From assembly GCF_964204865.1 (NCBI RefSeq), contig NC_135261.1, positions 5,456,001 through 5,520,000 on the forward strand: 64,000 bases of DNA. The letters run 5' to 3'. Under the pieces are notes generated by a model, which had not been told where the DNA came from, ran no database searches, and saw nothing but the letters and a program-made list of their open reading frames with translations. Below are positions 27,317 through 40,708 of the stretch, piece after piece. Made by a program: the position numbers and the translations under genes. Within the stretch, counting starts at the first letter, position 1; every line of letters starts with the position of its first letter. Origin of the DNA: Styela clava. Taxonomy: Eukaryota.

Positions 27317-29289
27317 CAGGGCTGGGGAGCTGGTTCGAAATCATGATGGCTCCGGCTCCAGCTCCGGAGTCGCAGTGTAATCAATCGTTAGCTCCAACTC
27401 CGGCTCCGGAGCTTCATTTTTTTATGCCGGAGCTGGCTCCAGCTCCGGCTCCATAGCCATTATCAGAAGTGCAGCCCAATAACGCATTTTGCTAATTGTT
27501 TCCTAAGTGCGGCATGTTATTTAGGCTGTAAACACCCTCCAAGTCGGTGTCATGATAATTCCTTTTTGTTCCTGCATGTAACTTGTGAATCCACTGAGAG
27601 TTATTATATGCTGTATTTTTATATGCGAATCGGTATACCCAGCATATAAGGGTTTTACATATAACCCCACAATAAGACGGGAAGGAAAATCGGCTTCTGG
27701 AATGGTCGCAGCGTTTGCGCATTCGGTAAAATAGCTCATAATGACTTTTTCTACCACATAATATTTAACCCATAATAACTGTCTTTTTATTTTAATTTAA
27801 ATGTGTTCAACATAACTGGCAATCATGCGGCCAAATAAAATCTGTCGTGGGCCATTCTAAAGCAAAACTTATGGTGTTTTCTGTTTTATTTTTTGTATTT
27901 TATAATGTCGCTTTTTAATCAGGAAAATTTGGTTTGCGTATTGACTTCTTTATTTATCTTAGAATTTCATCACCGATGATTATGTAATAACTCGTTTTCT
28001 CACAAATATGGTGCTTGACACAAAACATATGTCTTGAGAAATTGTGAGTAAGGGAAAAATAAACACTGAAATAAGAGATGTTATGGCCTAATGTTTATGG
28101 AGACGAAAACAATTGACGCTTTTCACGAAATGCAACGCACATGTGATAGTAACGGCAATAGCCCTTCAACTCATGATAATTTAAACTGGCCTGACGGGAG
28201 GCAGTATTTTATGGTACAAATTGAATAAGCAGACCCAAAATAATGGAAATTACCATCGTCACCCAATTACATGCCGTCCCCCTCTCCCAAATCAGGCCAA
28301 AAGTTGGTTCTAGGATCGAGGCGTTTTGATAATTATCAGCGATGGGATGTTAAAGATAAATAGAGAAGTCAATTCGCAAGCCTAATTTCCACATTGGAGA
28401 ATATTATAAGATATTAAAATGAAACGGAAAACACTATAAACTTTGTTCTAGGAGACTCCCAACAGCTAAAAAAAAATGCCTTGTTAATCTCATTATTTTT
28501 TTTGCCTACGACATATTATTTATCGGTTGACTTTGAAAATTATACAGTCACTAAAATAAATCTAAACGCAAACAATCTTACTCGCGATATACTTTTTATA
28601 TATTCAAAAAATAACAACGGAAATTGATGAGACTTTTCTCCAGAACATGCTATGTTATGGATCAAAACAAGATATACCGTAATGGGGCACTTTGCCATAC
28701 ATTTTTATGATAGGTGACTGTTAAACCTTTCTTTTGTCGTAAAACGACTCAATCTCGAGATACGTTGAACAGAATTGACGACATTTGAAATGGATTGGAT
28801 ATTCAACGCCACGAAAAAATCATAATATGTTACATGGAAATTCCAAAATCACTTATTCAAAAATCCCTGGCCATTAGGGTTTTTGAGCTTGACCACAATC
28901 ATAAAAAATTGCAGCTTAGTGGAAATGAGAATCAAAATTTTGATAAAAGGGAACCGCTCCAAATTTTGATACTAAACTTTCAAACATACAGAATAACTGG
29001 AAACTTTTTAAAAAATATTAGGAACTAAAATTTTTAAAATGAATTATAAGCTGAAAAGAAAAGATTTTATCATTTGTAACGTAATCAGAAAAAAATTATA
29101 AATTTGAAAAACAAAAAATGAGATATTTAGGAGCTGGAGCCTGGAGCCACTAAATTTTTGGTAACTCCAGCTCCGGCTCCAGCTCCATCTGTTATGAAAA
29201 GCTTGGCTCCAACTCCGACTCCGGCTCCATCAAAATGTAACGGCTCCATGACTCCAGGCTCCGACTCCAGCTCCGGCTCCCCAGCCCTG
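27317..29289. mobile_element. About 2-kb non-autonomous hAT (Ac-like) element
   Basis: TIRs cagggctggggagc / gctccccagccctg; subterminal GGCTCC/GACTCC hexamer arrays at both ends; flanks gttatgca(gt)/gttatgct; no intact transposase ORF. Confidence 0.85.
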
Positions 29290-29925
29290 GTTATGCTGGA
29301 ACCTCATCAAGACTAACTTAACTATCAATGCGTAATCAGCAATAATATCAAAGTACTACATGCAGGATATAAGCATTACATACCACCTATAAATAAAGCA
29401 GTTGATCAACTCCCAACTAGACGTAGCTGATGTTTTGGTCATAGAGAATATATGAAAACATAAAATTTAAGGCAAGAATATCAAAGTACTATATACGGGA
29501 CATAAGCATTACTTACGTACGACCTATGAGATCCCAACTCCCAACTAGACGTAGCTGATGTTTTGGTCATAGAACATATATGAAGACATAAAATTTAAGA
29601 CAAGTAAAGTGGAAGTCATCTCATGTTCTATAACGATAGATATCATTTTTCATTTGTCAAATAGTTAGAATTGGCATATGTAGTATAATTCATGGCATGT
29701 CGTAGATCAAGATACATGAAAAACGTCAAGATTAATCATATGGTTTGAGTTTTTATAAAAAAGTTATAACCAGCGCAAGAGTTTGGGCTTTGGTAGGATT
29801 ATGTTGGAACCTCATCAAGACAAGCTATCAATTAAGCAATCCGAAAGGATCAAAGTTCTACATACAGGACATAAGCAATACATACGACCTATCAGGAATG
29901 CATTTGTTCAACTCCCAACTGGACT
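29290..29925. repeat. Local duplications: tandem pair of about 130 bp (29345-29604) plus an older paralog at about 29790-29925
   Basis: caactcccaactagacgtagctgatgttttggtcataga occurs twice and ggaacctcatcaagac occurs twice. Confidence 0.85.
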
Positions 29926-30796
29926 TAACAAATACATTGTGCAATATCAGTAAAAGATTCTACCATTTGGTGTTAATTATAATAAATTCTATTCGACACA
30001 TTTTAAAATATAAAAAGAGTTCTTGCTTATTATTTGCTCTCAATTTCAGGTCCGATTAAAATATTTCAATCTATGTTTAATAATCCTTTGATTATATTCT
30101 AAAAAAACGTTTTATCATTAGACTAGTTCGAATTACTCGGAATATTTGGTATATTTTATCTACTTTTTAACAGTAATGTTAATGCGTTAACAAACGATGC
30201 AAATTACGGACTTTGAAATCGAAATTATCTTTCTATATCTGAGATGAGTGACAGACCCTAATTCTTCCCTTTGTTGAATGACGTTCAAAGTTCGCCATAT
30301 CGCAGAAGATTATTTTCGTCACAATGCCTGAGTGCCAGTTCATGATGACTTACCAATTCAGCTGTATTTCTATTTAATCATAAAAGTTCATTAAATTTAA
30401 TTGGAATTTTGTAGTATTTGTATTAGGTTTTTCTGTGGATATACGTTTGTAGTATAATATAAGTTGTTGCAAGAGGGATAATTTGCGTCGTTGCCTGGAG
30501 AATCTATCATATGACGCAATTTAAAGAACCAGACTGACTATATTAAGTTTCTACTTTTAATCCTCGAGCCAGGAGTTTAGCTTTGAAAAGAATTTGGAAC
30601 GAAATGTATTAGAAGCAATGGAACATACAGGGGATATTTGAACGTATAAATATGATTTGAAAGGCTGTCCATATTCCATACAGTTACTAATATGACATTG
30701 TCTACTGTCGAGTTTCTTATTGTCTGTCGTTTATTATATTAATTTCCATTTTTATCAGTGTATAACGCCTGCTTGCAGATAACGAATACAGTAAAG

Positions 30797-31110
30797 CAGG
30801 GTGTGCAACCTTTAATATAGGAGGGACGGATATAAATAACTAGGTGAAAGCACGGACCGCACTTTTGTTTAGCATAGGCTTTCTAGTAGTTGCAGGCACA
30901 ATAAGTTTGGTTATTTATCTTATTACATGCGGAGTTCGCTTCGCACAGGTTAGCTGTTACTGATTCGTAACGCAAAGGAATCGAAATTACTCGCACATAC
31001 TAGATTAAACGTAATTAAAACCTCGCTACGCGGGCCGCACATCATTCTAAATTTGCACTTCTCTGCGGGTCACACTATTTTCTTTGTGAGACGCATTTGT
31101 TCCGCGTGCC
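30797..31110 (+). mobile_element. Degraded copy of the 50607 hAT MITE family
   Basis: Begins cagggtgtgcaacct and shares the core; right boundary approximate. Confidence 0.75.
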
Positions 31111-31207
31111 ATAGTTTGCAAACTTCTGCAGTAAATTATAGATTTTGTCGGAAAGATATCATAAATGACCATCATATTTATTGTAGGTATCCTTTACTTA
31201 CGATTAT

Positions 31208-31483
31208 ATTGGACACGTCGGTGGACATAACGATCGTTTGAATATTATGTTGTTGTTCTTGTTTTTCTTTTCCTTCGTCATAAAAAAATCGCTTTTCTCT
31301 TCGAATACTTATTACTTAACCAATTGCTTTGAAATTTTCAGTGGTTGAAAATTGATTTTTTCGGTATTACTTTTATTTATTTCCAAAATGCCTGTGGACT
31401 TCAAGAAATTCGTTTTTAGGTGTCAGAATAAAAAATAGCAACACCTTGTAACGTGTCCATATATTTGAGCATAGCTCTCTTGT
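31208..31483 (+). mobile_element. HINE-like element, family 2
   Basis: Subterminal IRs tggacacgt / acgtgtcca, a (GTT)n run, and a 3' hairpin gagc-ata-gctc followed by cttgt. Confidence 0.7.
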
Positions 31484-32258
31484 GTTTTCTAGTATTTTTC
31501 TACTGTTTTTTCAGTGATAAAAGCAGCATTGCTATATTCCTCAAGTATTTAAACATTATTTAAATAAAACACTATTTTAGTTCAATCAGTTCAAAATTTC
31601 CGCTGACATTAGTCGCAAATATTTATTCTCCATGTTCTTTCATATCATAAAAGATTTCAATATGATGTATGAATCATGATGTTCTTCTATCAATAACCAT
31701 GGCAGCGTGTAAAATATTTAATTAAACGAATGACGTCATTAGATTGTGACGTCATAGAACTATCGGTATACTAGTTTTGGGCCACGAAGCGATTGAATTG
31801 CTATCGTTCTGACTTTGACTTAAAAACTCCAAGCCCACTCAACGAAGTTTAAATTAATTACCGGTATGTTACTAATCACAGAACAAACACTCTTGAAATG
31901 AATTGTCAAGTTGAACAGTGTCCAGCGTTTCGATTTTGATTAGCTGTCTGAGTTGAAGTGACTTATTAATGGATGTTCAACAATTTATGCTGATTTTGAA
32001 CGACCATTCAATTGCTCTTATTAATAGAATTTCTCGGAATTCAACTTTTGGAAAATTTTATATCTGTCAGTTTGGTACTCCCGTTGAGTAACAAAACAAA
32101 GAAGCAGAGCTTAGCACAATGCGCCACATCGCCGAAAGTAACAGCGTTTGAATTGAGTTAATATGCTATGGTTTTCGCCAAGAGATTTAAGATATCAAGT
32201 ACTGACAAAATGGTAGATTCTATCTATGCCTGAGCGCTAAACACTGGTCCAACGTGTG

Positions 32259-32491
32259 TTATTGGACACGTAGTGGACATAACGATCGTTTCAATATTAT
32301 GTTGTTGTTGTTCTTTGACACGTTTTTAAAAAGTCGCTTTTCTCTTCAAATACTGAACCAATTGCTTTGAAATTTTCAGTGGTTAAAGATAAAAATTCTC
32401 TCCAGAAGGCTATTACTTTTTTTTTTTGCTATGACGTCATCAAAATTATGTGACTCTACGTGTCCATATATTTGAGCATAGCTCCCTTGTT
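32259..32491 (+). mobile_element. HINE-like element, family 2
   Basis: Same structure as 31208-31483. Confidence 0.7.
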
Positions 32492-32629
32492 CAAATTACT
32501 ATTTTGAGCTTCAAAAACGGGAAATGCGTCTGTTACTTAATTTGGAGTGTTCGCCATCACAGTTCAATGTTTTTGTTGCACTTGATGCATTGTTATATTA
32601 TATGTGAAATGCACAAACAAGTTCAAAAC

Positions 32630-34400
32630 TAAACTTTATTCTGGACGCTTGGTGGCGTTAGCATCACGTTATTTTTCGCGGCAAATTTGTCCCTGATTGT
32701 CAAAATCAAAACAAGATTCGATCTGACATTTGGATGACGGTCACCGAGGATATAAGGGTGAATCTTGAGATCGTGAGCTCGCCATTATAGCAACGTCTAT
32801 CACTGAAGGTGAAAGCAAGTTGTGAAGATATTAGCATTCTTTCGTTAGTTTTAGAACGGCGGAATGAAACAGTTTGATACCTAGACGGCGAAAATTGTTT
32901 GCCCGGTGTGTTTTGATCGTTGACGCGCTGTAGTAATTCGCTGAGCTGTGAAGCCTTTCGAAAACATCCGTTGCCTTACATGCAATAATTATAGCCCTAA
33001 AGAATTGTCAGGTGTTTAGGATTTGAAATAATTGAATAAGACATTTGCGGTCAGTGCCGGTAAATTTTTTTTTCGCTCCAGAAGTATGTGTACAAACATG
33101 GCGGTGACTAATTTTGCTCGCCTACTTTATATCAAGTTGTGTGAAGGGACTGAAACCTATGGGTAGGGAGTATATCCAATTGGCTAAAACAGACAGTCCC
33201 CGAACTCGTTATAGAACTAAAATAAGGAAAATAGGCGAACAAAATTAGTTACCTCTATATTGATGCACATACTTCTGGAGCGCCTTATTTTGTATTTCAT
33301 TTTCTTTATGAATTTAAGTAACATCTCACCTACCTAATTCCACTATGACTCCATGCCTAACTAACCATCATCTAATATGGGCAATAAATAATTGTTTTAA
33401 CAAGCTACATCCACGTGTCATAATTGTCTAGTCAACTTTTGTATGATTTGACCTCAACCTGACCCAGGAAGAACATTAGGTCACAGCACATGTAACTAAC
33501 TTACACGTTAGGGAGAGATTTTCCTGACGAGCCATACCCGTTTATTCTTCATTTCAATGAATTTAAGTCGTGACTCGTGGGAGTATGGCAATATAGTACG
33601 TATACCATACCGTCTTATCCTGGCTTAATTACACGGTATAGAATCGTTCAAGAATCAAGCTATTTTCACTTTCACAGTTACATTAAAATTCTCGTCAACT
33701 TGACAAAAATTTTCACAGCGTTGTCTCGGTTATCGTATTTGCATATCTAAGTATGTGTTACCCCAGGCGTTTGACTTGTGTTCGCATCATTAAATTTTCG
33801 ACTTATCTTGTATTTGTAATGTCCTATTATAGCTTATATTTGTTTTGTTTTCACTCTGACGTATTTTGTTTTTTGAAGATAGCATAACTCAGAAATTGTT
33901 TAATAATAAGTTTGAAGTCGTGTTATCTCGGTTGTCAGCGATGGCGGTTCGAATTGGACTCTTTATTAGTTCTAGTCAGTGTTAAATTTGCAGAATTGTA
34001 ATTTGAACAGATCGGTATGCGCCTGTTTATATTTTGTCAGCAGTGTACACTACCACACTTTTCTCTGGTGAAGGTTCGATCTTGGTCAAACAAAACGTTA
34101 CAGAAATCCAATTGTGTCCAGCATGACTTGTGAACAGTTTGGTTCCAACACTTTAGGGGTGAAAGATATTTTGCTATTAGGATTAATAACTATTTGTAAC
34201 TCATAAAAATGGGTTATGTAATTCACTGATATGTTCCCCAACTTTTACTTGTAGGGGATTTTTCCAGGCGGTGGAAGATATTCTGCTATTAGCAATAATA
34301 ACTATTTGGAACGCAAGAAATGTGTTATTTATTTGACTTACCATCTCCATTGGGATATACGCCACATTCTGGATATTCAAATACAATTATATTTAAGTTA
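32630..34400 (-). pseudogene. Second fossil LINE ORF2 remnant
   Basis: In order: IPMEMV...LAFQIVIIAN...TAWK, ISFTPKVLE, QVKRL/GVT (~KYLGV, near 33770), RRLGIKLF...LHNLLSP, then AATAAA. Heavily decayed and interrupted by a MITE. Confidence 0.45.
33072..33284. mobile_element. Family B MITE with two left ends (fold-back variant)
   Basis: The right end is replaced by an inverted copy of about 52 bp of the left end (taggcgaacaaaattagttacctc...ctggagcgcc). Confidence 0.85.
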
Positions 34401-35073
34401 ACAATAGAAGTGTGAAAGATGTGGTTGAAATTTTAAAGGGGGGGTGTCACCCTCTAGAATATGAATGCTCGTGAAACACATAGAATGGTGTGCACTACGG
34501 TCGTTTCATTAGTTTCTTGCAATCTTTATGTTAAAAGACATCATGTTATCAAAGATGGTATCAAAGCCTAATATCAGTTCAATGCTTTCAGTTGAATCCG
34601 GTTCAGTTTTCATGTTAGTGTACCGAATACGAGGCGGGGTAGGTTTTGATCACTAACGAACTATACGCATAAATAATAACGTGAAATTTGCATATAATTT
34701 ATAAGGAGAAGGATTTCGTAGACGCAAGTAATTATATCCAATCAGCTTAAGACAAAACAATTTAAGTTAACTGTAAACTAGGATCTAAGCAATTATTTTA
34801 GTGTTCAATCATCGATTGAATATAAGAGTCTTCCTCTTATTATTCATATACCGGTATGTTATACATGGGCCCAATAGTAGATTTAAAAATGTTAACCCAC
34901 TGTTGGGCCTTGTTTTATAGTTATTGATTTTATAATAATATTTTCGGATTTTATAAGTAGAATAAGTTAAGCTGCAAACTAGAATTTAAGCAATTATTTT
35001 GGTCTTAACAATCAACATATGTTGTACGAGGTTCGGCAAAAAGTTGGTTACCAGTTATTGAATAGGAAAAAAG

Positions 35074-35183
35074 GGAGCTCCCGAAGTATATGCACCAAGA
35101 TTTCGTACAACCTGAACATAGTATGTGTACCAGATAAGGCTTCAGGTTGTGCGCAATCTTGGTGCACATACCTCGGAAACGCC
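35074..35183. mobile_element. Family D short MITE
   Basis: TIR-related ends; TSD gaaaaaag/gaaaaaaa. Confidence 0.8.
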
Positions 35184-36560
35184 GAAAAAAAATATAAAAG
35201 CCACTGTTGAGTCGAGCATTATAGTTATTGGCGCGAATATAGTGTTACGGTCCTATATATTTCTAGGGTCTTCGATTTAATGTAAATTTTTCTTATTGCA
35301 AAAATGCTCTTTTTAGAGCGTAATTTGATTTTCCATATTGTGCATTTCCACACGTTTGTACGGCAATAACTTCCCGAGTTGTTGTGCATATTCTAATTGT
35401 ATAGCGATACACTCTGTATGATCACATACCGTTAGTTCAGAATGGATTGAAGTCTTTTTTACTTCCTTCCGTAATGGCCTTGTTTCGTGGAAATCGGCCG
35501 AGCTATTCTTGGAATTAGCTTCATCAAAACTAGAAAGGACAATACATGTGAAAACAAAAAGTTGACGCGGGAGGGGTTACTGAACAGCCTGTTGCTAAAT
35601 ATGACTCCCCTTTGTGCATACCGCCTGAAATACGGAGTCGTATTGTGTAAAGTCACTTTATTTTAACTGTATTTTGGAATTGACTTCATCAAACTAAAAA
35701 ACTGACAATATACAGGAGAACAATAGTTGACACGGGAGCGCTTACTAAACATACCGTCCCCACTACTAAATATGACTCCTTGCCTGCCTGTCGTGCGAAA
35801 TATGAATTCATATTGTTCAAATTCGCCGTATTTTTACTCATCTGCATCTGTTGCTATTGTTGCCTGGAATATGGAATTCGTATTGTTTGAAAGTTACTGT
35901 ATTTTTAATCATACCCGGTATTTCTCATTTTATAGCCTATTGCTATATAACTAGATTTAGTTTGCAATTTAAGTGTGAAATGAAGTTTGCTTCAGGAGGA
36001 CGTCCAGTCTAGTTTAGGTAAGTGACTAGTATAACAGGATCGCTATCTTTCAAATTTTACTTGTTATGGACGGGTGAGATATTGACTTCGTCGAATATAC
36101 ATTTCTAAATAATATTTCAAGCATAAATAGATGGACACGTTGAACGGCACAAATTTCGACATTGAATATTATTCGTTATTGAGTCAGAGATTCAAATTAT
36201 TTGTCGAAGTTTTAGGGCCGCGCGAAAATAATGGGCCCGCGATGAAATTCGTTCCACGTATTTTTAAATATAAACGTTGAAACACAAAGTATTGATTAAA
36301 ATGTATTTCTGTGAGTACTTAGTTATCAGAAATAATTGAACATATAGAAGCAATAAATTTTATAGCCAGTAGTCGGAAGATATAGATTAGATCAACCAAT
36401 GGGACAATAACCAGATCTTTGCAAACAAAAATATCTGATTTTCTACTATAATTTCGCTTACCTTATGTCGTTACACGTAGATATTATGTTAATCAATATA
36501 AATATCAGTGATCAAATAAATGAATGAGATCATGTGTTTGCTTGATCTATAATTTATTTT

Positions 36561-36791
36561 GGTACTCCCGAAGTATGTGAACCAAGATGGCGGACACCGC
36601 AACGTAGTATGTGTACCAGGTTAGGGTTAGGTCATGATTTTATTCCAATTTTTCTTATTTCTATTACGAGTTCGGGGACTAGCCAAGTGACTCCCGTAGT
36701 ATTTGTACCTGAAATTATGGCCTAACCGTAACCTGATACACATACTACGTCCCGGCGTCCGCCATCTTGGTTCACATACTTGGGGAGTACC
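36561..36791. mobile_element. Family C long-TIR MITE
   Basis: Same structure as 25072-25306; exact TSD tttatttt. Confidence 0.9.
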
Positions 36792-38490
36792 TTTATTTTG
36801 ATGTACAGGGTGTCCATAAGGTCCCTTTACAATTTCAATTATGTTACGAAGTCAGTTAAGGTGGGCAATATAACCAGTTTCAGCCATCTAGTTTAGCCAC
36901 ACACAAGAAATTTAGCGGTAAAAGCAAGAGAAAAGAATGCAACTATGGCTTGGCCTTACAGTGATAAATATACCGTGCAAAACGGCGAAAGATTTAACGC
37001 AGCGACAAAATCATAAAATATTATGTATTTTCACTCACGTGAGCGCTTTTTCAAACATGAAAGGTCAGATCAAGATTTTATGCTTGACGGAAAAAAATCG
37101 GAATGTTGAGAAGGGCCACACAATCGGCTTGGCGGGCCTTGTTATGGCCCGTGCGCTGCCTTCTGCACATCCCTGTTCTTATATCTTGATTTTGCTCTTT
37201 ATTTTTACATCGGTTGTCGAGAATTGTATTCGATACGTATTGAATCCAATAACCCAGTATTTTAAAATATGTTCTGCTGAATTATGAATTAGCAACATAA
37301 TAACACAAGCTTGGACACTTTAACCGGGTCGATGATAAACAAAGCACAACCGATAAAATAAAGCACAACCGGTTATCAAGATCATCGACATGAATATACC
37401 TGGTGGCAATCATGCGCCACTTTAACCGTCTATTAGCTTTTTTTATTTTCCATAATTGATTAAAGTTGGCCGTTTCAAATTCTGTATTGGAGGTGTGTTA
37501 TGGGCGTTTTCTGATGTTTCTAATTCCCAAAAATACGATAAATCTCATATTAAACCTTGAAACTCAGGTGAATAAGAGATGGGATCAAATTAAATCTGTG
37601 AAATTTTTATGTAAACAGACTTAATTAAACAAACTTGATTGTTTTCTGGGCTTCCGGCCAAGAAATATCGATTTTTATCTTGTATTATAATATTTCTTAG
37701 TGAGTTTTTGGTATTCCCGTAGTTTAAGATTTTATGCATGATGGGGGGAGAATCTCAGTGTTGAAGGGGCTACAGTAAAAAGCTTAGCGGGCCGGGTTAT
37801 GGCCCGCGCGTCGCTTGTTCCACACCCCTGTATTGGACCATCCAATAAACACCCAAATGGGTCCAGACTGCTTTACTCGATCATTTTTGGATTAGTAGAA
37901 TCTCTATATTTTTTATTAAATAAAAAATAAAATAAAAAAGGATTATCAATTATGAATGATAACCAAATAAACTTGAGCCAAACCCCTGTCTTCATTTCTC
38001 TGTAATCTCGTCTACGCCAGACAAATAAAGTGACAGGAATAAATCAAAATACCGCATACTTGACAAGGTGAAAAGTTAATTCAATCTAGCTTCGCATAAA
38101 AAATACCAAGTCACTCTGACGTCATATTTAGGGAAATTATTTTATTCCCCACGGACCCGCTAATCATCATGATTTGATATGAATTTCAGATAAATTGAAT
38201 ATTCAAAAAAGCGGCTCATTTTTTTAAAGATTTAGTCGTTATCCGTATTTTTGCACGACACAACCTATGCATATTTAATGTGTGTGCTCTCAGCATTTAT
38301 CCGTATCACCAATTATCGACGTCCCGACTTCTAGATTTTTTTAAGATTCAAAAAAATACATGAATTTTTAATGATCGTATTATTTTTACGCCCAGCAATA
38401 ACACCGTCTCTTGATTTTACTGATTTCTAACAAAAACAAAAAATGAAAATTTGCGACTTTTAAGCAGCCGTAGCTGAGTTAGCATTATAA

Positions 38491-38787
38491 CAGACATGGC
38501 CAAAGTACGACCCGCGGGCCAGATCCAGTCTGTTGGGTGGCCCGCCAGATGCTGCCACAACCAAGCTGACCTCCAATTTTGATGTTTTAGCTGAAAAGAG
38601 CTCATGACATTCATTAAGATTGCGCTTAAATTTAGTTTTAGCACGAGGCTTATTGTTTTTCACGATTGCTTTTGTAACACTGTAAATATTGTTCATGAAA
38701 TGTAACTTTTTACATCACACTTACATGGCCGTCAGTCAAGGTGGGCAAAATATTTGGCCCCTGGTACAAAGACCTTGCCCACCCCTG
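38491..38787 (+). mobile_element. hAT MITE; relatives at 40049-40336 (-), about 58157-58410 (+) and about 58694-58780 (-)
   Basis: Ends cagacatggccaa / ttgcccacccctg; TSD cattataa/cattatac. Confidence 0.85.
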
Positions 38788-39163
38788 CATTATACTAATT
38801 GGACTTAGCGAATGTCGCCACGTTATATAAACTGTGTGTACTCTGAGCCAGACCATGGACGCGAAGGTGGCCATTTGAATATTCCAGTTATGGTTGGAAC
38901 AAGTAGACCAGTGGTTGGCAATGTTTTTAGTGAGTCCCAAATAGTAAAATGGAAAAGGTTCCAAGGCCCAACAATTTGTTGAAAATTTTAAATTTAACCA
39001 CGTAATAAACTCGCCATGTGGTTTCTGCACAGTGAAATGAATCACTGTTTATTAATCGATGATACGAGTGACATACTGAAATTTCTTTAAAATTACCTCA
39101 TTTTTTCAACAAAATGGACATTTTGCTAATTTAATATCTGTCCATCTATATCTGAATAATTAC

Positions 39164-39379
39164 GGTACTCCTGAATGAACCAAGACCGCGGCCACCGGAA
39201 CGTAGTATGTTATGCCAAAATTTTATTCCAATTTTCCTAATTTTAGTTACATTACGAGTTCGGGGACTAGCCAAGTGACTCCCGTAGTATTTGTACCTGA
39301 AATTATGGCCTAACCCTAACCTGGTATACATAATACGTTCCGGTGTCCGCCATCTTGGTTCACATTCTTCGGGATTACC
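39164..39379. mobile_element. Family C MITE with a deleted left arm
   Basis: Same core and right TIR; both flanks contain aattac. Confidence 0.8.
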
Positions 39380-40024
39380 TAAAATTACAGCAAAAATTGC
39401 ATTAATAATCAAATTTTTTTCTCATATTTTTCAATAGATTGTCGTTTGTTTTTAAGCTAATTTATCGGCTCTTCTATCTATGAATAAATTTATAAATCTT
39501 ATCGAAATTAAACCTCAATTTTGAGGGAAAATCACGAAATTGGCAAAAACGTTTCCCTCGTGCATATTTATCTTGCAGTTGTGGCAATGTATTTTTATCA
39601 GAGATTCTTTCAATTTATCAGCTGACTGACGCGGCGTAAATGCCTCTTCGACATTATAAATCGTTATACCAATAAAAAATGCACGAGTTATGGCATTGTA
39701 AATGCGTTAATGCCCGTCCAGCTGACCCCAATTTTACGGATGACTGAATAAAACCTCAAAAATGTTACGCATGACTGCGTCGTATCAAAATTTTTTTATT
39801 TTTAATGCAGACATAATAAAGTAGAACATTCTTCAAAATCGATTTTGTGATTAAATAATAATGTCCTGGGCGGGGCCAGAAATGTAGGCGTGTCATGGCT
39901 GGCATATCGACTTTTTGCATAATTTTATCTCTATTTTCTCCTACTTTATAAGTGAGAAGTAGATGCTGTACCAAACAAAGATAGATAGCAACAGCAAATC
40001 AACAAAGAATATTAACATGCTGTA

Positions 40025-40460
40025 GGCACGATGACTTAACGGTTAAAGCAGGCATGGTATTTGGACCAGGGGCCAAATATGTTGCCCAGCTAGACTGGGG
40101 GCCGTTTAATTGTCACGTAAATAGTTACATTTTATGAACAATATTTACAGGGTTACAAAAGCAAAAATGGAAAAAAGCCCCGTGTCAAAACTAAATTCAA
40201 CCGCAATTTCAACAAATTTCTTGATCTATATTTAATAGCAAAAACATCAAAATTTGGTTTTAGTTTCAACAGACGAGCCAGATTGAATTATCCAACGGGC
40301 CGGATTTAGCCTGCAGTCGTAGTTTGCCCATGTTAAGGTTGAAGCGTTAGATTTCTTCGTCGGTATCGCAGACAACACAAATCAGATTCAAATCCCATGC
40401 CACCACGTCACCCAGGGTGTGAAAATTATGTAGGCAATGCCCAGCCGGAAAGAATCCGGT
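40025..40460 (+). mobile_element. tRNA-derived SINE-like head, split by a hAT MITE
   Basis: With the MITE removed the sequence reads ggcacgaTGACTTAACGGTTAAAGCGttag...caGATTCAAATCCcatgcc, i.e. A-box- and B-box-like motifs. Confidence 0.5.
40049..40336 (-). mobile_element. hAT MITE inserted into a tRNA-derived SINE head
   Basis: Reverse copy of the 38491 family; TSD ggttaaag/ggttgaag. Confidence 0.8.
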
Positions 40461-40484
40461 TCTTCCAAAAATAGTGTCGTTTTG

Positions 40485-40708
40485 GGTACTTCCGTAGTGT
40501 GTGTACCAGGTTAAGGTTAGGTCATAATTTCATTCCGATTTTCCTTATTTTAGTTTTATTACGAGTTCGACGACTGTCTGTGTTAGCGAAGTGAATATAA
40601 CCCCTGTCCATAGGTTTCAGTCCTTTACACAACTTGATGTAAAATAGGCGAAAAAAATTAGTTATCTTCATATTGGTACACATTGTACTACAAATACTTT
40701 TTGAGCGC
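40485..40708 (-). mobile_element. Family B MITE
   Basis: Matches the consensus, with a small insertion near one TIR. Confidence 0.85.

Noticed and set aside
28080-28660. MULE-like (DNFKLA*REAV) and Merlin-like (EIDET) motif hints inside the 2-kb hAT
   Set aside because: Isolated short matches without supporting catalytic motifs.
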